DNA of 64,000 nucleotides from a virus (IMGVR_UViG_3300027749_000093:1-64000); one strand, 5' to 3'. Numbered from the stretch's first letter, positions 1 to 8,972 are shown. Notes: generated from the letters alone by a model not told the origin. Numbers and translations are program-made.

Positions 1-160
1 TGTATTGATAATTGCAACGATGTTGCATTCTGTGAGTATTATATACGCATACAATTATTTTAAATCGTATTTTATTAAGCGTAGCCAAAAATACGATTTA
101 AAATAATTGTATGCGTATATAATACTCACAGAATGCAACATCGTTGCAATTATCAATACA
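1..160. repeat. Perfect 73-bp inverted repeat (1-73 / 88-160) with 14-nt loop at the window start
   Basis: Base i pairs with base 161-i for i=1..73; loop attaagcgtagcca. Confidence 0.97.
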
Positions 161-737
161 ATCTATCGTATTTATCAATAAACTGTTGTAGTATACCTCT
201 TTTCTCATTAAGCATACTCACCTTAGAATTAATCTTTTTAGGAGTACCTGACAATGTAATATCATCTAATTCAAATATCTCAACATTTAACTTAGGATTA
301 TAAAACCACCTATATTGTTCATAAATCTTGCAAGAAGGCAATTCTGCACCAATCTTTCTATTCATACGGATATTATATTTACCTACATTTAAACAATCAT
401 CATTATACCTTAAATTAAATAATATTTCACTTTCATAATAATCCATTTGTTTAGTGTTTGAACATGGTTGGATTAATTCTATATAACCAATTTTTATCTT
501 TGGATTATCAATTAAATATTTAATTAAATTTTTATACATTCCATATTCACTATATTTTAACCCATGTTTATAATATTCAAATGATTTCTTTATACATAAT
601 TCATGTTCAAACAATCTTCTATTAAGTAATTCTGTTTTACCTATATAATATTTATTACCAAATGTTATCTTATATATACCTCCCATATTCCTTTGCCATT
701 GCATATTTTTAGGATGCAGTATATAAATATTACTCAT
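153..737 (-). CDS. GIY-YIG family endonuclease
   Basis: GIYKI...YYIGKT..L..RL.EH motif; later LNV. Confidence 0.8.
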   Translation of the reverse strand: MSNIYILHPKNMQWQRNMGGIYKITFGNKYYIGKTELLNRRLFEHELCIKKSFEYYKHGLKYSEYGMYKNLIKYLIDNPKIKIGYIELIQPCSNTKQMDYYESEILFNLRYNDDCLNVGKYNIRMNRKIGAELPSCKIYEQYRWFYNPKLNVEIFELDDITLSGTPKKINSKVSMLNEKRGILQQFIDKYDRLY

Positions 738-1189
738 ATTAGATTGTCTTTACTAGAAAAATCAGGTATATTAAAAATAAACTCTATCCAACCATTTTCT
801 GCATTAACCCATTTTTTAGTTACTCTTACATCTGCTATTTCTTTATCTTCTACCATTAGGGCATCAAAAAAACCTTTAGCTAAATTATCCCAATCAGGTC
901 TTGATTGATGTAATCTTAAATGCATTAATTCTTTTTTCTTTTTTCTCCATGATTTAGGAACATTTATATAAAATATTAAATGTCCTCCTTGTTCAGGTGG
1001 TGTAAACTTTTTAGATTTAGCTATTGCAGAAAGAGAAAGTTTATAATTATTATATCTTTCTATTCTAAGTAATCTTTTTAATCCTGATGGTCGCAAATGT
1101 TGTCTTGGTATTCTAAAGAATATTCTATCATTTTGAGTAGTTCTTATATTTGTTTGTGGATTAATATTAAATACTACCTTTTTTAACAT
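734..1189 (-). CDS. rusA: RusA-like Holliday junction resolvase
   Basis: RPDWDNLAKGFFDAL..EDKEI...V.KKW catalytic pattern. Confidence 0.85.
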   Translation of the reverse strand: MLKKVVFNINPQTNIRTTQNDRIFFRIPRQHLRPSGLKRLLRIERYNNYKLSLSAIAKSKKFTPPEQGGHLIFYINVPKSWRKKKKELMHLRLHQSRPDWDNLAKGFFDALMVEDKEIADVRVTKKWVNAENGWIEFIFNIPDFSSKDNLI

Positions 1190-1332
1190 TTTATTTTTTT
1201 TCTATTTCGTTCTTTAATTGCTCTTTCTAGTAATATTGAAATTACTTGTGATTCACTTCTTTTTTCTTTTTCTTGGATTAGTTTTATTTCATCCTTTATT
1301 AATTGTGTAACTGTTCCGCTTACCTGTGGCAT
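1183..1332 (-). CDS. Small ribbon-helix-helix-like DNA-binding protein (49 aa, not in ORF track)
   Basis: Hand translation MPQVSGTVTQLIKDEIKLIQEKEKRSESQVISILLERAIKE; RS.SQ.I..LL pattern; atactt repeats just upstream (1333-1370). Confidence 0.65.
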   Translation of the reverse strand: MPQVSGTVTQLIKDEIKLIQEKEKRSESQVISILLERAIKERNRKKIKC

Positions 1333-1428
1333 ATATACTTATTTTACTCAAATATACTTAAAATACTTATAATAAAAAAATCCCACTTTTTAGGGTGAGA
1401 TTTAATAATTTTTAAATTAAATTGTTAA

Positions 1429-2172
1429 TTACCTGTTAAAATCCATATGTCTATGTTCAAAATCAGCTAAAAACTCTCTAGCTTTTCTTATTTTTTGGTA
1501 TATGTTTTCAATCATTTCATCATCCCTATCAACTCGAAACTTTAATATTCTTTCATTAATTGGAATGTCTTCAAATATCATGTCATTATCTAATTCTAAT
1601 GAAGCTAATTTATATTCAGGAGATTCGTCTGATACAACATTCATCCTATATAATAACTTTCTTTTTTCGTCTTCTACGAGGCTATTAGGGGCTGATGTGA
1701 GGCAGTAGCATATCCAAGCAGTATTAGCACCCGATAAAGCCATATAGCCGTTTAATTGGGCAACATAATGCGGATTTAAGGGCTTGGCTACATTAGATAG
1801 GAAAGTCTCTAGATTCCAAGATGTTTTAATGTCTATAATCTCTGTTGCTGTATGGATTGTTTTACCTCTAAAAATATCAGGAGTGCCGCTAATGTAATCG
1901 TTTTGTAGCCAATCTTCGTTCTTCTGTAAAAATTCTTTCTCGTATTTACTTAGCAAGTCTATTGAATCTTCTTCAGCTAACTTTCCTTTCTCTAAATACT
2001 TAGATTGTATATCTTTTTTCCTGCCATACTTATGTTCAATGTAGACAGATACTAGGTATGATTTAGTTGTTTCACTAAGTTCACCGGCATCCTTTGCAGC
2101 CTTAGATTGTGGCTGAGTAAGCAAAGAACCTAATGCAGAACATCTGATTTTGATTCCGTTCCAATTTGTCAT
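1429..2172 (-). CDS. YqaJ/lambda-exonuclease-like recombination nuclease
   Basis: IRCS, G...E, GTPD, IDIKTSW, Y..QL.GYM motifs. Confidence 0.85.
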   Translation of the reverse strand: MTNWNGIKIRCSALGSLLTQPQSKAAKDAGELSETTKSYLVSVYIEHKYGRKKDIQSKYLEKGKLAEEDSIDLLSKYEKEFLQKNEDWLQNDYISGTPDIFRGKTIHTATEIIDIKTSWNLETFLSNVAKPLNPHYVAQLNGYMALSGANTAWICYCLTSAPNSLVEDEKRKLLYRMNVVSDESPEYKLASLELDNDMIFEDIPINERILKFRVDRDDEMIENIYQKIRKAREFLADFEHRHMDFNR

Positions 2173-2831
2173 GGTTTAATTTGTTTTAGTTTTAATTCGT
2201 ATTGTTTCTTAGTTAGTTCATTAGTTGCAGCAATTATCTTATAAGACTTTAATTCATCTTCTGTTTGGCAATCGCTAATCAATGATATTAGTCTTGATAA
2301 CTTTCTATCAGGTGATTCGTTTTCTATCTGCATTTCAGGCAATTCACCTTCATCAAATCCCCTAGATAACGACCTACCAAATAAGTCTCCTATCTGTTTA
2401 AAGCAAGCCTTCTTACAAGATGCTATAACCTTTCCTGTAACCAATGGCATAAGTGCTATGCTTGATGCTACTTCTGAAGCAAGTCCTTCGTAGAAGATAT
2501 GATTGATGCCATCCAAATGTCTGATTATTAATGATGCTTTTACTGTGATACAAACCTTACCTGATTTGTCAGATATAATTATTGGTTTGTCTATTTTGTC
2601 AATCCCCCAATAACCATATATTTTTTTGGCAATAGCTTCAAGCAATTCAATCTTAATAGTCTTATAGGTATCGCCTTCTTTTATTAAAGACTTATATTCT
2701 TTTACCCATTCTTTAGGTGGTTGTGTATTTTGAATGATTGAGTTAGCAAGTTTATAATCTTCTAAAGAAACAGCATCTGATATCGATTTAAATATATCAT
2801 TTCCATAATTTAATTGTTCATCTATATGCAT
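2169..2831 (-). CDS. Putative single-strand annealing protein (Rad52/Sak-like)
   Basis: Adjacent to exonuclease; KKAC...G.LFGR.L pattern. Confidence 0.55.
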   Translation of the reverse strand: MHIDEQLNYGNDIFKSISDAVSLEDYKLANSIIQNTQPPKEWVKEYKSLIKEGDTYKTIKIELLEAIAKKIYGYWGIDKIDKPIIISDKSGKVCITVKASLIIRHLDGINHIFYEGLASEVASSIALMPLVTGKVIASCKKACFKQIGDLFGRSLSRGFDEGELPEMQIENESPDRKLSRLISLISDCQTEDELKSYKIIAATNELTKKQYELKLKQIKP

Positions 2832-3022
2832 TCTAATAATTTTTGAAATTTAATAATAGATTCGTAAATTTTTTTAGACTCTAGTCTTAGCTTATCATCC
2901 ATATAAACTATTTCATTTTCTGAAACAAGTGCATCCCAAAAGACACACATTGTATCTACTCTGTCTGCAACAATTGCTAACTCTTTTTCTATTTCTGATG
3001 TTAAATTAAAAAAACTGTCCAT
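2822..3022 (-). CDS. Hypothetical protein
   Basis: ORF coupled to downstream gene. Confidence 0.55.
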   Translation of the reverse strand: MDSFFNLTSEIEKELAIVADRVDTMCVFWDALVSENEIVYMDDKLRLESKKIYESIIKFQKLLECI

Positions 3023-3201
3023 GGTTTATTTTTTTTTAGTTAGTGAATAAATTATTAATGGTGATAATACAATGCAGCAAAGGATAAAATACATTATCCT
3101 AAAAACGCAAATAACTTTTTTCATAATAATCATTTAGGCAAATAGACCTAAAATAAATTACAATAAAAAAAGTTAAATACTATTTTAACAAAACATTATG
3201 A

Positions 3202-3525
3202 CTATGCCATATCGCTATCTTCTTCGTCTTCGTCAAGCATCGCTGTGCCTTTGGCTTTTGCATCCATAAGCATTTTAGTTTTCTTAGATGCCCTATCAAT
3301 CATTTGAAGTTTTTTAGCCTTGTCAATTCTATTTTTTAAATCTTCTTTACCCCTAGACTCCCATTGCTTCTGCATACCCATTTCAAAGTCACGTTTATCA
3401 CTAGCCGCTTTTTCAGGAGTCGAAGTCTTACCTGTTTCAGTCTTAACCATAGTTTTTTTCGCCTTAACTTTCTCAATCTTTTGTTGTAAAGTTTCATCTG
3501 CTTCGTTATCCATTAACATTCCCAT
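3202..3525 (-). CDS. Small K/M/D-rich hypothetical protein
   Basis: ORF; N-terminus resembles that of 3834-4037 (L..KIEK.K.K.M.K). Confidence 0.65.
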   Translation of the reverse strand: MGMLMDNEADETLQQKIEKVKAKKTMVKTETGKTSTPEKAASDKRDFEMGMQKQWESRGKEDLKNRIDKAKKLQMIDRASKKTKMLMDAKAKGTAMLDEDEEDSDMA

Positions 3526-3545
3526 AATTATTTTTTTTTAATATT

Positions 3546-3830
3546 TTAAGATTTTTTATGTGCATTTGCAAAGTTACGAGCAGCTACAATACTTCCGAAT
3601 CCCCATGCTTTTAAAGCTAATGCTTTCCTTGTTGGTTCACCATTAGGTTTTTTCATAGCACCTACCATACCTGAAAATCTAGCTGCAAAAGAAACTCTAC
3701 GAGGATTAACTCCGCTTTTAACAGGTGCTTTTAAATGACCTCCATGAGAATGATTATATGAATCACGACCTTTTTGGTTTAAGCCACCTGAAGGATTTTT
3801 TCCTTCTTTTCTTTCCCAAGCTTCCGACAT
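3546..3830 (-). CDS. Small basic conserved phage protein (DUF6321-like)
   Basis: AW.RKEGKNPSGGLN.KGR.SYN...RR.SF.AR..GM...GEPTR.ALALKAW. Confidence 0.75.
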   Translation of the reverse strand: MSEAWERKEGKNPSGGLNQKGRDSYNHSHGGHLKAPVKSGVNPRRVSFAARFSGMVGAMKKPNGEPTRKALALKAWGFGSIVAARNFANAHKKS

Positions 3831-3833
3831 AAA

Positions 3834-4037
3834 TTACATTTTTTCTTGTGCCTTAATCTTTTTTTCTTGTTTCAACATTTCAGCAGTTGGCTCTTTACCA
3901 CTTCCTTTATTGGCACGAATATTATCCCATAATCCACGAGGAGAACTTGAACCATCTGCCCTCTTCATCATATGCTTACTCTTAGCCTTCTCAATTTTTT
4001 TATGTAAACTTTCATGCATCATCATTGCCATAAACAA
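3834..4037 (-). CDS. Small basic phage protein
   Basis: GLWDNIRA.KGSGK.PT..ML motif seen in aquatic phages. Confidence 0.7.
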   Translation of the reverse strand: MFMAMMMHESLHKKIEKAKSKHMMKRADGSSSPRGLWDNIRANKGSGKEPTAEMLKQEKKIKAQEKM

Positions 4038-4179
4038 ATTTTAATTCCTAAAGATACAACAAATCCATAAATCACAAAAAACCTTTTAATTCGCAATTCG
4101 CAAATCACAAAACCACCCTGTAAAAAATAAAAAAAACATACCAAAATAAAATCCCAATCCTATTTAACAAAAATAACAG

Positions 4180-4515
4180 CTAGGTGTCTTGGGGGTGTCA
4201 CGCAATAAACGTGGGGGGCGGCAGCCCAAAGGGGAACTAGGAATTGGGCGATAGGGCTATGCCTAGATTTCGATTTCACTTTTGGTTTTGGGGTGGGGTG
4301 GGGTGCTTAGACAGATGGGATAGGCGATAGGTTATATATATGCGATTCTAAGTAGGCTTCCTTGCCATATCTTTTTAAAGTAGGGTGATTGTATGCCTTG
4401 TGTTTTTATAGGGGTGATTTGGGGTGGTTTTATGGTTTGTCTGTTTGTACGGGGATTTGGTGTTATTAGGGTAGTTATGGGTAGGTGGGAGGTAATGTGG
4501 GTGTTTATGTAGAGT
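4180..4515. other. Non-coding G/T-rich skewed segment between divergent gene blocks
   Basis: Many G runs (ggggtggggtggggtg at 4290-4305) in an AT-rich genome; A/C-rich segment to its left. Confidence 0.8.
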
Positions 4516-4530
4516 TGTAACTAAAATATG

Positions 4531-4587
4531 TTTGTTTCGTAACGTAACGATATGTATATTTGTGTCTTAACGTAACGTAACGATATG
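4531..4587 (+). promoter_or_regulatory. Bacteroidota housekeeping-sigma promoter flanked by direct repeats
   Basis: TTTG 4531-4534, TATATTTG 4555-4562 (20-nt spacer); cgtaacgtaacgatatg at 4538 and 4571. Confidence 0.75.
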
Positions 4588-4932
4588 AAAAAATGTATAA
4601 CTTGTAAAACCAACTTTGAAGAAAAGCATAATAAAGCTATTTTTTGTTCAAATAAATGCCGTCAAAAAAATCACAGGGAGAAGATTAAAGTTTTAATAAA
4701 TTCTATTAATGTAAAAAAAACAATAAAAACACCTGAAATAAAAATTAAAAAAACAAATGATGAATATGATTTTTCAAAAATTGATTTTTTTATTATAGAA
4801 GATTTTACAAAATATCCAAAATCAGATAAGCCTTCAGAATTCTTAAAAGCTAAAGAATGGAATTTATTAAAATTAAAATCAGATGAAGAAATAAGACAAA
4901 AATGGCTTAAATATAAAGGAATTGTAAAATGA
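4585..4932 (+). CDS. Zinc-finger protein, probable DNA-binding regulator
   Basis: C..C...F......A.FCS.KCRQK..R N-terminus. Confidence 0.7.
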   Translation: MKKCITCKTNFEEKHNKAIFCSNKCRQKNHREKIKVLINSINVKKTIKTPEIKIKKTNDEYDFSKIDFFIIEDFTKYPKSDKPSEFLKAKEWNLLKLKSDEEIRQKWLKYKGIVK

Positions 4933-5300
4933 AAAAACTAAATGACTTAAATGTTATTCCAAAAGGATTAAGTCTTCAAGAACAAAAATATTGGCTAGAA
5001 CATAATAAAAAACAACATATGGATTTACAATTAATTTTAGAAACAGCAAAAGATTGTTTAGCATTAAAACCCGATGGATTTGATGGAAACCTTGATGGGT
5101 ACGATAAAGCTATTTTAGGTTTAACAGACAACGGACAATTAGTTTATAGTAAAGAAATTATGGTTAAACTTGCAATACAATCAGCACTTCCTGAAATATT
5201 AACCGAAGAAGATGCATGGGAATTTCTTGAATTTAATACGTTTTCCGCCTATGTTGGAGAACAAACACCAATTTATGTTAATACTTTTAAAACTATTTAA
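4929..5300 (+). CDS. Conserved hypothetical phage protein
   Basis: DG.D.AILG....LVYS...EEDA.EFLEFN...AYVGE.TP pattern. Confidence 0.75.
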   Translation: MKKLNDLNVIPKGLSLQEQKYWLEHNKKQHMDLQLILETAKDCLALKPDGFDGNLDGYDKAILGLTDNGQLVYSKEIMVKLAIQSALPEILTEEDAWEFLEFNTFSAYVGEQTPIYVNTFKTI

Positions 5301-5302
5301 TT

Positions 5303-5452
5303 ATGTATATGAATTGGTTAAAGCAGATTTTTTGCCATCATAGATGGAGATGTATATATAAGTATGGAACTTTTGCTGATTGGAGATGCCGTAAATGTGG
5401 TAAAATAAAGAGAGGATTAGCACCTATATATAATATAGAAGTTGATAAATAG
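5303..5452 (+). CDS. Small Cys/His protein (49 aa, not in ORF track)
   Basis: Hand translation ...FCHHRW...CRKCGK. Confidence 0.6.
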   Translation: MYMNWLKQIFCHHRWRCIYKYGTFADWRCRKCGKIKRGLAPIYNIEVDK

Positions 5453-5832
5453 TTTGATTTAGGTAGTATTACTACTTAAATAATGTTGGATATGTCCGAT
5501 ATATGGCGCAAATAAGCCGTTAATGTCGGAAATAACGTACTTGTCAATTTTACACCTTATAAGGTATATACTTTACGATTTAGTATTTTTTATACCATAA
5601 AAGGTACGTTTTGGCTGAGTTTAAAAATCTATACTCAGCCAAAACTATAGTAATAAAGCTATTTTTGATTAATAAATCTTATCACTTTATTGTCGCAAAT
5701 ATGTCACTTATTTGCGAAAAATTTTGACAAATAACTATGTAAATATGTTACGAGATTTGCATGAATTTTACATTGATTGGCGGTGATTTACTTCGGAGAT
5801 TTGCACAATAACATAAATTTTGTTAGTGTGCA
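5453..5832. repeat. Non-coding array of different short palindromes (array 1)
   Basis: gtagta-t-tactac 5463-5475; accttataaggt; 13-bp arms 5608-5645; 9-bp arms 5693-5717; 10/11-bp arms 5803-5831. Confidence 0.8.
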
Positions 5833-6075
5833 TTAAATTGTCCTGCGATAACCTTGTTCCCAAAGTAACTTTGCCATTTCTTTTGCGTGTCCTTCTACTT
5901 TGATTTCACTCCAACGTGGATTTTGGATATGTGTAATTTCATGAATTAAGACTTCAAGATGCCTTTCGCCATTAATTCTAGAGTCTATATGTATAACTCC
6001 TGATTCGCAATAAGCTAACCCATGCGCTTTTTGTTTGCCTAATTTTCTGTGTATTATTTCTTTTACTGTATTCAA
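5833..6075 (-). CDS. Small HExxH metallopeptidase-like protein
   Basis: HGLA....IHID.R......EVLIHEITH. Confidence 0.65.
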   Translation of the reverse strand: MNTVKEIIHRKLGKQKAHGLAYCESGVIHIDSRINGERHLEVLIHEITHIQNPRWSEIKVEGHAKEMAKLLWEQGYRRTI

Positions 6076-6257
6076 GACTTTAGTATTGCAAGGTCAGGTC
6101 TATCAATTTCTTGTGGTTCAAATATCTTATTATTTCTAGCTTCCTGAGATATTTTTTTCCATTGTTCGTATACCAAAAAAGCATCATTCATTTCTTTTAC
6201 AGCATATTGCACTTGTTCTATCTTGGTTAGTTTATAGAATTTTTTTGGAGGAATCAT
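6072..6257 (-). CDS. Hypothetical protein
   Basis: Overlapping operon arrangement. Confidence 0.55.
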   Translation of the reverse strand: MIPPKKFYKLTKIEQVQYAVKEMNDAFLVYEQWKKISQEARNNKIFEPQEIDRPDLAILKS

Positions 6258-6432
6258 AATTTCTAATTGCTGATTTTAAATATAATGCTTTGTCTAAAGT
6301 TTCTTCGTATGCGTGTTGTAACCAATCTATCATGTTTAAATCTTCCCTATCTACTGTGCATCCGTATTTTTTAAGTCCTAATGATTCTCTATCTCTCATG
6401 TCTTTAATGACTGCATCTAAAGTTTTACTCAT
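6232..6432 (-). CDS. Small helical phage protein, possibly MazG-like nucleotide pyrophosphohydrolase
   Basis: R...G.KKYG.T.DR.DL...DWLQHAYEE.LD.ALY. Confidence 0.6.
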   Translation of the reverse strand: MSKTLDAVIKDMRDRESLGLKKYGCTVDREDLNMIDWLQHAYEETLDKALYLKSAIRNYDSSKKIL

Positions 6433-6441
6433 AGTACTAAA

Positions 6442-7113
6442 TTATTTATTATTTCTTATAGATTCAGGTATTTCATTAATATTTCTAGTAAAATAAAAAC
6501 CTTTATACCCATTTGTATTAGTACATAAACATTTATCTACATATTGAACTGATAATCCGGAATAATTAGCTGCATCTATTGGGAATGTAGCTTCATATAA
6601 TATTTTATCTAAATTATAAACATAAACTATTCCCCTATATTTAGGATTATTAACTCCTTTATATATTATTTTATTTCTTTCGCTAGCACATTTTTTAGCA
6701 TATTCAGATATAATTCTTCCTTTGTTTTTAAATGACATTATTTTTTTTGTTTCTTCAGTATGTTTTTTCCCTTTCCAAATGCCTAATTTATTTCTTTCTG
6801 ATAATTTTGGATTTTTTAATCCTAAAACACCATCTCCACCATCTGTTAAATTAACGAGAGTACCTCCATCTGAAATTTTTTTATGAATTGCTATAAATTC
6901 AATTTCTTTTTTCTTTGCAAAATCATAAGAAACATTTTCAAATAATATTTCTACTTCTATTTGTGTGCTATTATAAATATTTACCCAATGTCTATTTCTT
7001 GTTTTGTTGTGACTAGAATAAGCCCTTTCATAATTTGAAGTATTTTTATTGCTTATTCCAATATAAAATGGTTCATTTTTATCTAATCTAATATGACGAT
7101 AAACATATGCCAT
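6442..7113 (-). CDS. Free-standing homing endonuclease (GIY-YIG-like with NUMOD3)
   Basis: YVYRH...FYIG, L.NLTDGGDG, GKKHTEETKK.MS. Confidence 0.8.
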   Translation of the reverse strand: MAYVYRHIRLDKNEPFYIGISNKNTSNYERAYSSHNKTRNRHWVNIYNSTQIEVEILFENVSYDFAKKKEIEFIAIHKKISDGGTLVNLTDGGDGVLGLKNPKLSERNKLGIWKGKKHTEETKKIMSFKNKGRIISEYAKKCASERNKIIYKGVNNPKYRGIVYVYNLDKILYEATFPIDAANYSGLSVQYVDKCLCTNTNGYKGFYFTRNINEIPESIRNNK

Positions 7114-8114
7114 TATAAAATTTTTCCGTTAAAAATACGTTTATTTCTAAATTCAAAATCTTCTCCATTATCATCTAAATCGACAATACCAAAACCATGA
7201 TTCCATTTGTTTAAAGGCATATATGCAGGATGTAACTCACTCATACAACCTAAACTCCAAGTAGTAACCATTTTTCCTGATAGTGTTGGTTCAGTATGTT
7301 CTGAAGTCTGATGATTATGCCCTTGTATACAAGATACTTTTGCTTTTAGAAACAATCCCCTAGCAGGATTTACAGGCGCAGTAATACCTCCTACATACTC
7401 ATGCCCATGAATTGCCCAAAGATTATTTAATTTCATTGGTCGTTTATCACCTATAATTTCTATTCCTTTTGCCCTAGCTTTAATAATATTTTCAAAAGTA
7501 AATTCTTCTATTCCTACTAATTCGCTAGCTTTTTCTTGCAAAAAATGTTCGTATCGTTCTTCGTGGTTACCTATTTTAAAATAAATTTTACAACCTAATT
7601 CTTTTTCAAATACATCAAATAATGCACGAAAAGTATCTAATTCTAATGCAAAATTTCTTTTTTTAGGGTCTTTAATAAATCTTGAAAGCCTATGACAATC
7701 AATAGTATCACCCATTAATAATAATGCATCAGGCTTTTCTTTTTTACAAAAATCTAATGCAGCAGTTAATGAAGGAATATTATGATAAGGTACATGAATG
7801 TCTGAAAATACTGCTATTTTTTTATGCCCTTTAATTGTATATGGCTCAAATTCTGTTTCGTCTGATGCAGGTATGTTATAAGGATTTTTAGGTCTTTCAG
7901 GATACGGATGAGTAACTATTGCATTACCTTGTTTACCTGTTTTACCTTCAATAGCCCTTAATCTACATCTAGCATCCTCTACATCCCTAAATAATAAATT
8001 ATTTTCTGCGTATACTATTCTAGCCAACTTTAATGTCGGCATTTCCATTCCGTATTTTTCCCTATATTGTCTTGCTATTGTTACCTTTGAATGGATTACA
8101 TTATTCTTAGACAT
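7113..8114 (-). CDS. Calcineurin-like metallophosphoesterase
   Basis: SDIH, GD..D, GNHE, HGH, GH.H motifs. Confidence 0.9.
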   Translation of the reverse strand: MSKNNVIHSKVTIARQYREKYGMEMPTLKLARIVYAENNLLFRDVEDARCRLRAIEGKTGKQGNAIVTHPYPERPKNPYNIPASDETEFEPYTIKGHKKIAVFSDIHVPYHNIPSLTAALDFCKKEKPDALLLMGDTIDCHRLSRFIKDPKKRNFALELDTFRALFDVFEKELGCKIYFKIGNHEERYEHFLQEKASELVGIEEFTFENIIKARAKGIEIIGDKRPMKLNNLWAIHGHEYVGGITAPVNPARGLFLKAKVSCIQGHNHQTSEHTEPTLSGKMVTTWSLGCMSELHPAYMPLNKWNHGFGIVDLDDNGEDFEFRNKRIFNGKIL

Positions 8115-8256
8115 GAGATGGTTTTATTAACAAAGATAACCAATAATCGTCAATATAGTTAATAAAATGACGATAAAAAGAAAAACCTAACACTTTTATA
8201 TTAGGTCAAAAGAATTTGTTTAGTAAATCTATCTTTTATTATCTACCAAATATACA

Positions 8257-8469
8257 TTATTTTATGTGCCTTATTGCGAAATTTCCGTTCAAACTTTCTA
8301 TGTATATTGGTGTTTTATTAGCTATTGTTCTTTTTAATGTTGTATGACTTATATTAGTTTTAGCCGATGCATACTTAATTGAATTATATACTATTACCTT
8401 ATCTTTTCTTTCTTTTAACGGTATATCTAAATTATACAAACCAATCTTTACACTATTATTTAATGCCAT
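8257..8469 (-). CDS. Small NUMOD1/HTH-like protein
   Basis: YNSIKYAS..TNIS..TL. Confidence 0.5.
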   Translation of the reverse strand: MALNNSVKIGLYNLDIPLKERKDKVIVYNSIKYASAKTNISHTTLKRTIANKTPIYIESLNGNFAIRHIK

Positions 8470-8656
8470 CTTTTACTATTTCTTTTAATTGATTAAATAT
8501 ATTTTCTGCATTCTCTCCCCAATACATATCGCATTTACCATCCTTAATGGGTGCATCTACAAAGTAAGATTGGTATTCATCAGCCTTAGCCGTAAAGCGG
8601 TAACACTTTTCTTTAACAGGGCAATTTAATCCCTTACATTTAGTTATGTCTGTCAT
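8456..8656 (-). CDS. Small Cys-rich phage protein (start reassigned to MTDITKC)
   Basis: DITKC.G.NCP.KE.CYRF...QSYF...P....C.MYW. Confidence 0.7.
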   Translation of the reverse strand: MTDITKCKGLNCPVKEKCYRFTAKADEYQSYFVDAPIKDGKCDMYWGENAENIFNQLKEIVKDGIK

Positions 8657-8669
8657 TTTTTTAAGTTTA

Positions 8670-8972
8670 TTTCGGATTATTTCCAAGTTGATTAGGTTTA
8701 TATATCAGATTTATGTCTGAATTAGTATCTTATCTTGTTTAAATACCTAAAGTTTATTTGATTTAAACAAAAAACACTTTTTAAAATTAGTGTCAAATGT
8801 TTAGTTTTTTATTAGTATCAAAACTTGATATTTATTAATGTTTTGATACTAATATTTTTTTCGTTTAATTAATTGCAATTAACTACGTTTTAAGTAGTAG
8901 ATAGTAAATAAGTTTAATTCATAAATTTGTTATTTTTAACAATTAAAAGAAACAGGGGTAAATTTGTCCCCT
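8670..8972. repeat. Non-coding array of different short palindromes (array 2)
   Basis: 10-bp arms 8735-8770; 15-bp arms 8810-8854; ttaattgcaattaa 8869-8882; agggg-N9-cccct 8954-8972. Confidence 0.8.

Noticed and set aside
5453-8972. CRISPR or mini-CRISPR reading of the palindrome arrays
   Set aside because: No repeated unit with regular spacers and no cas genes.
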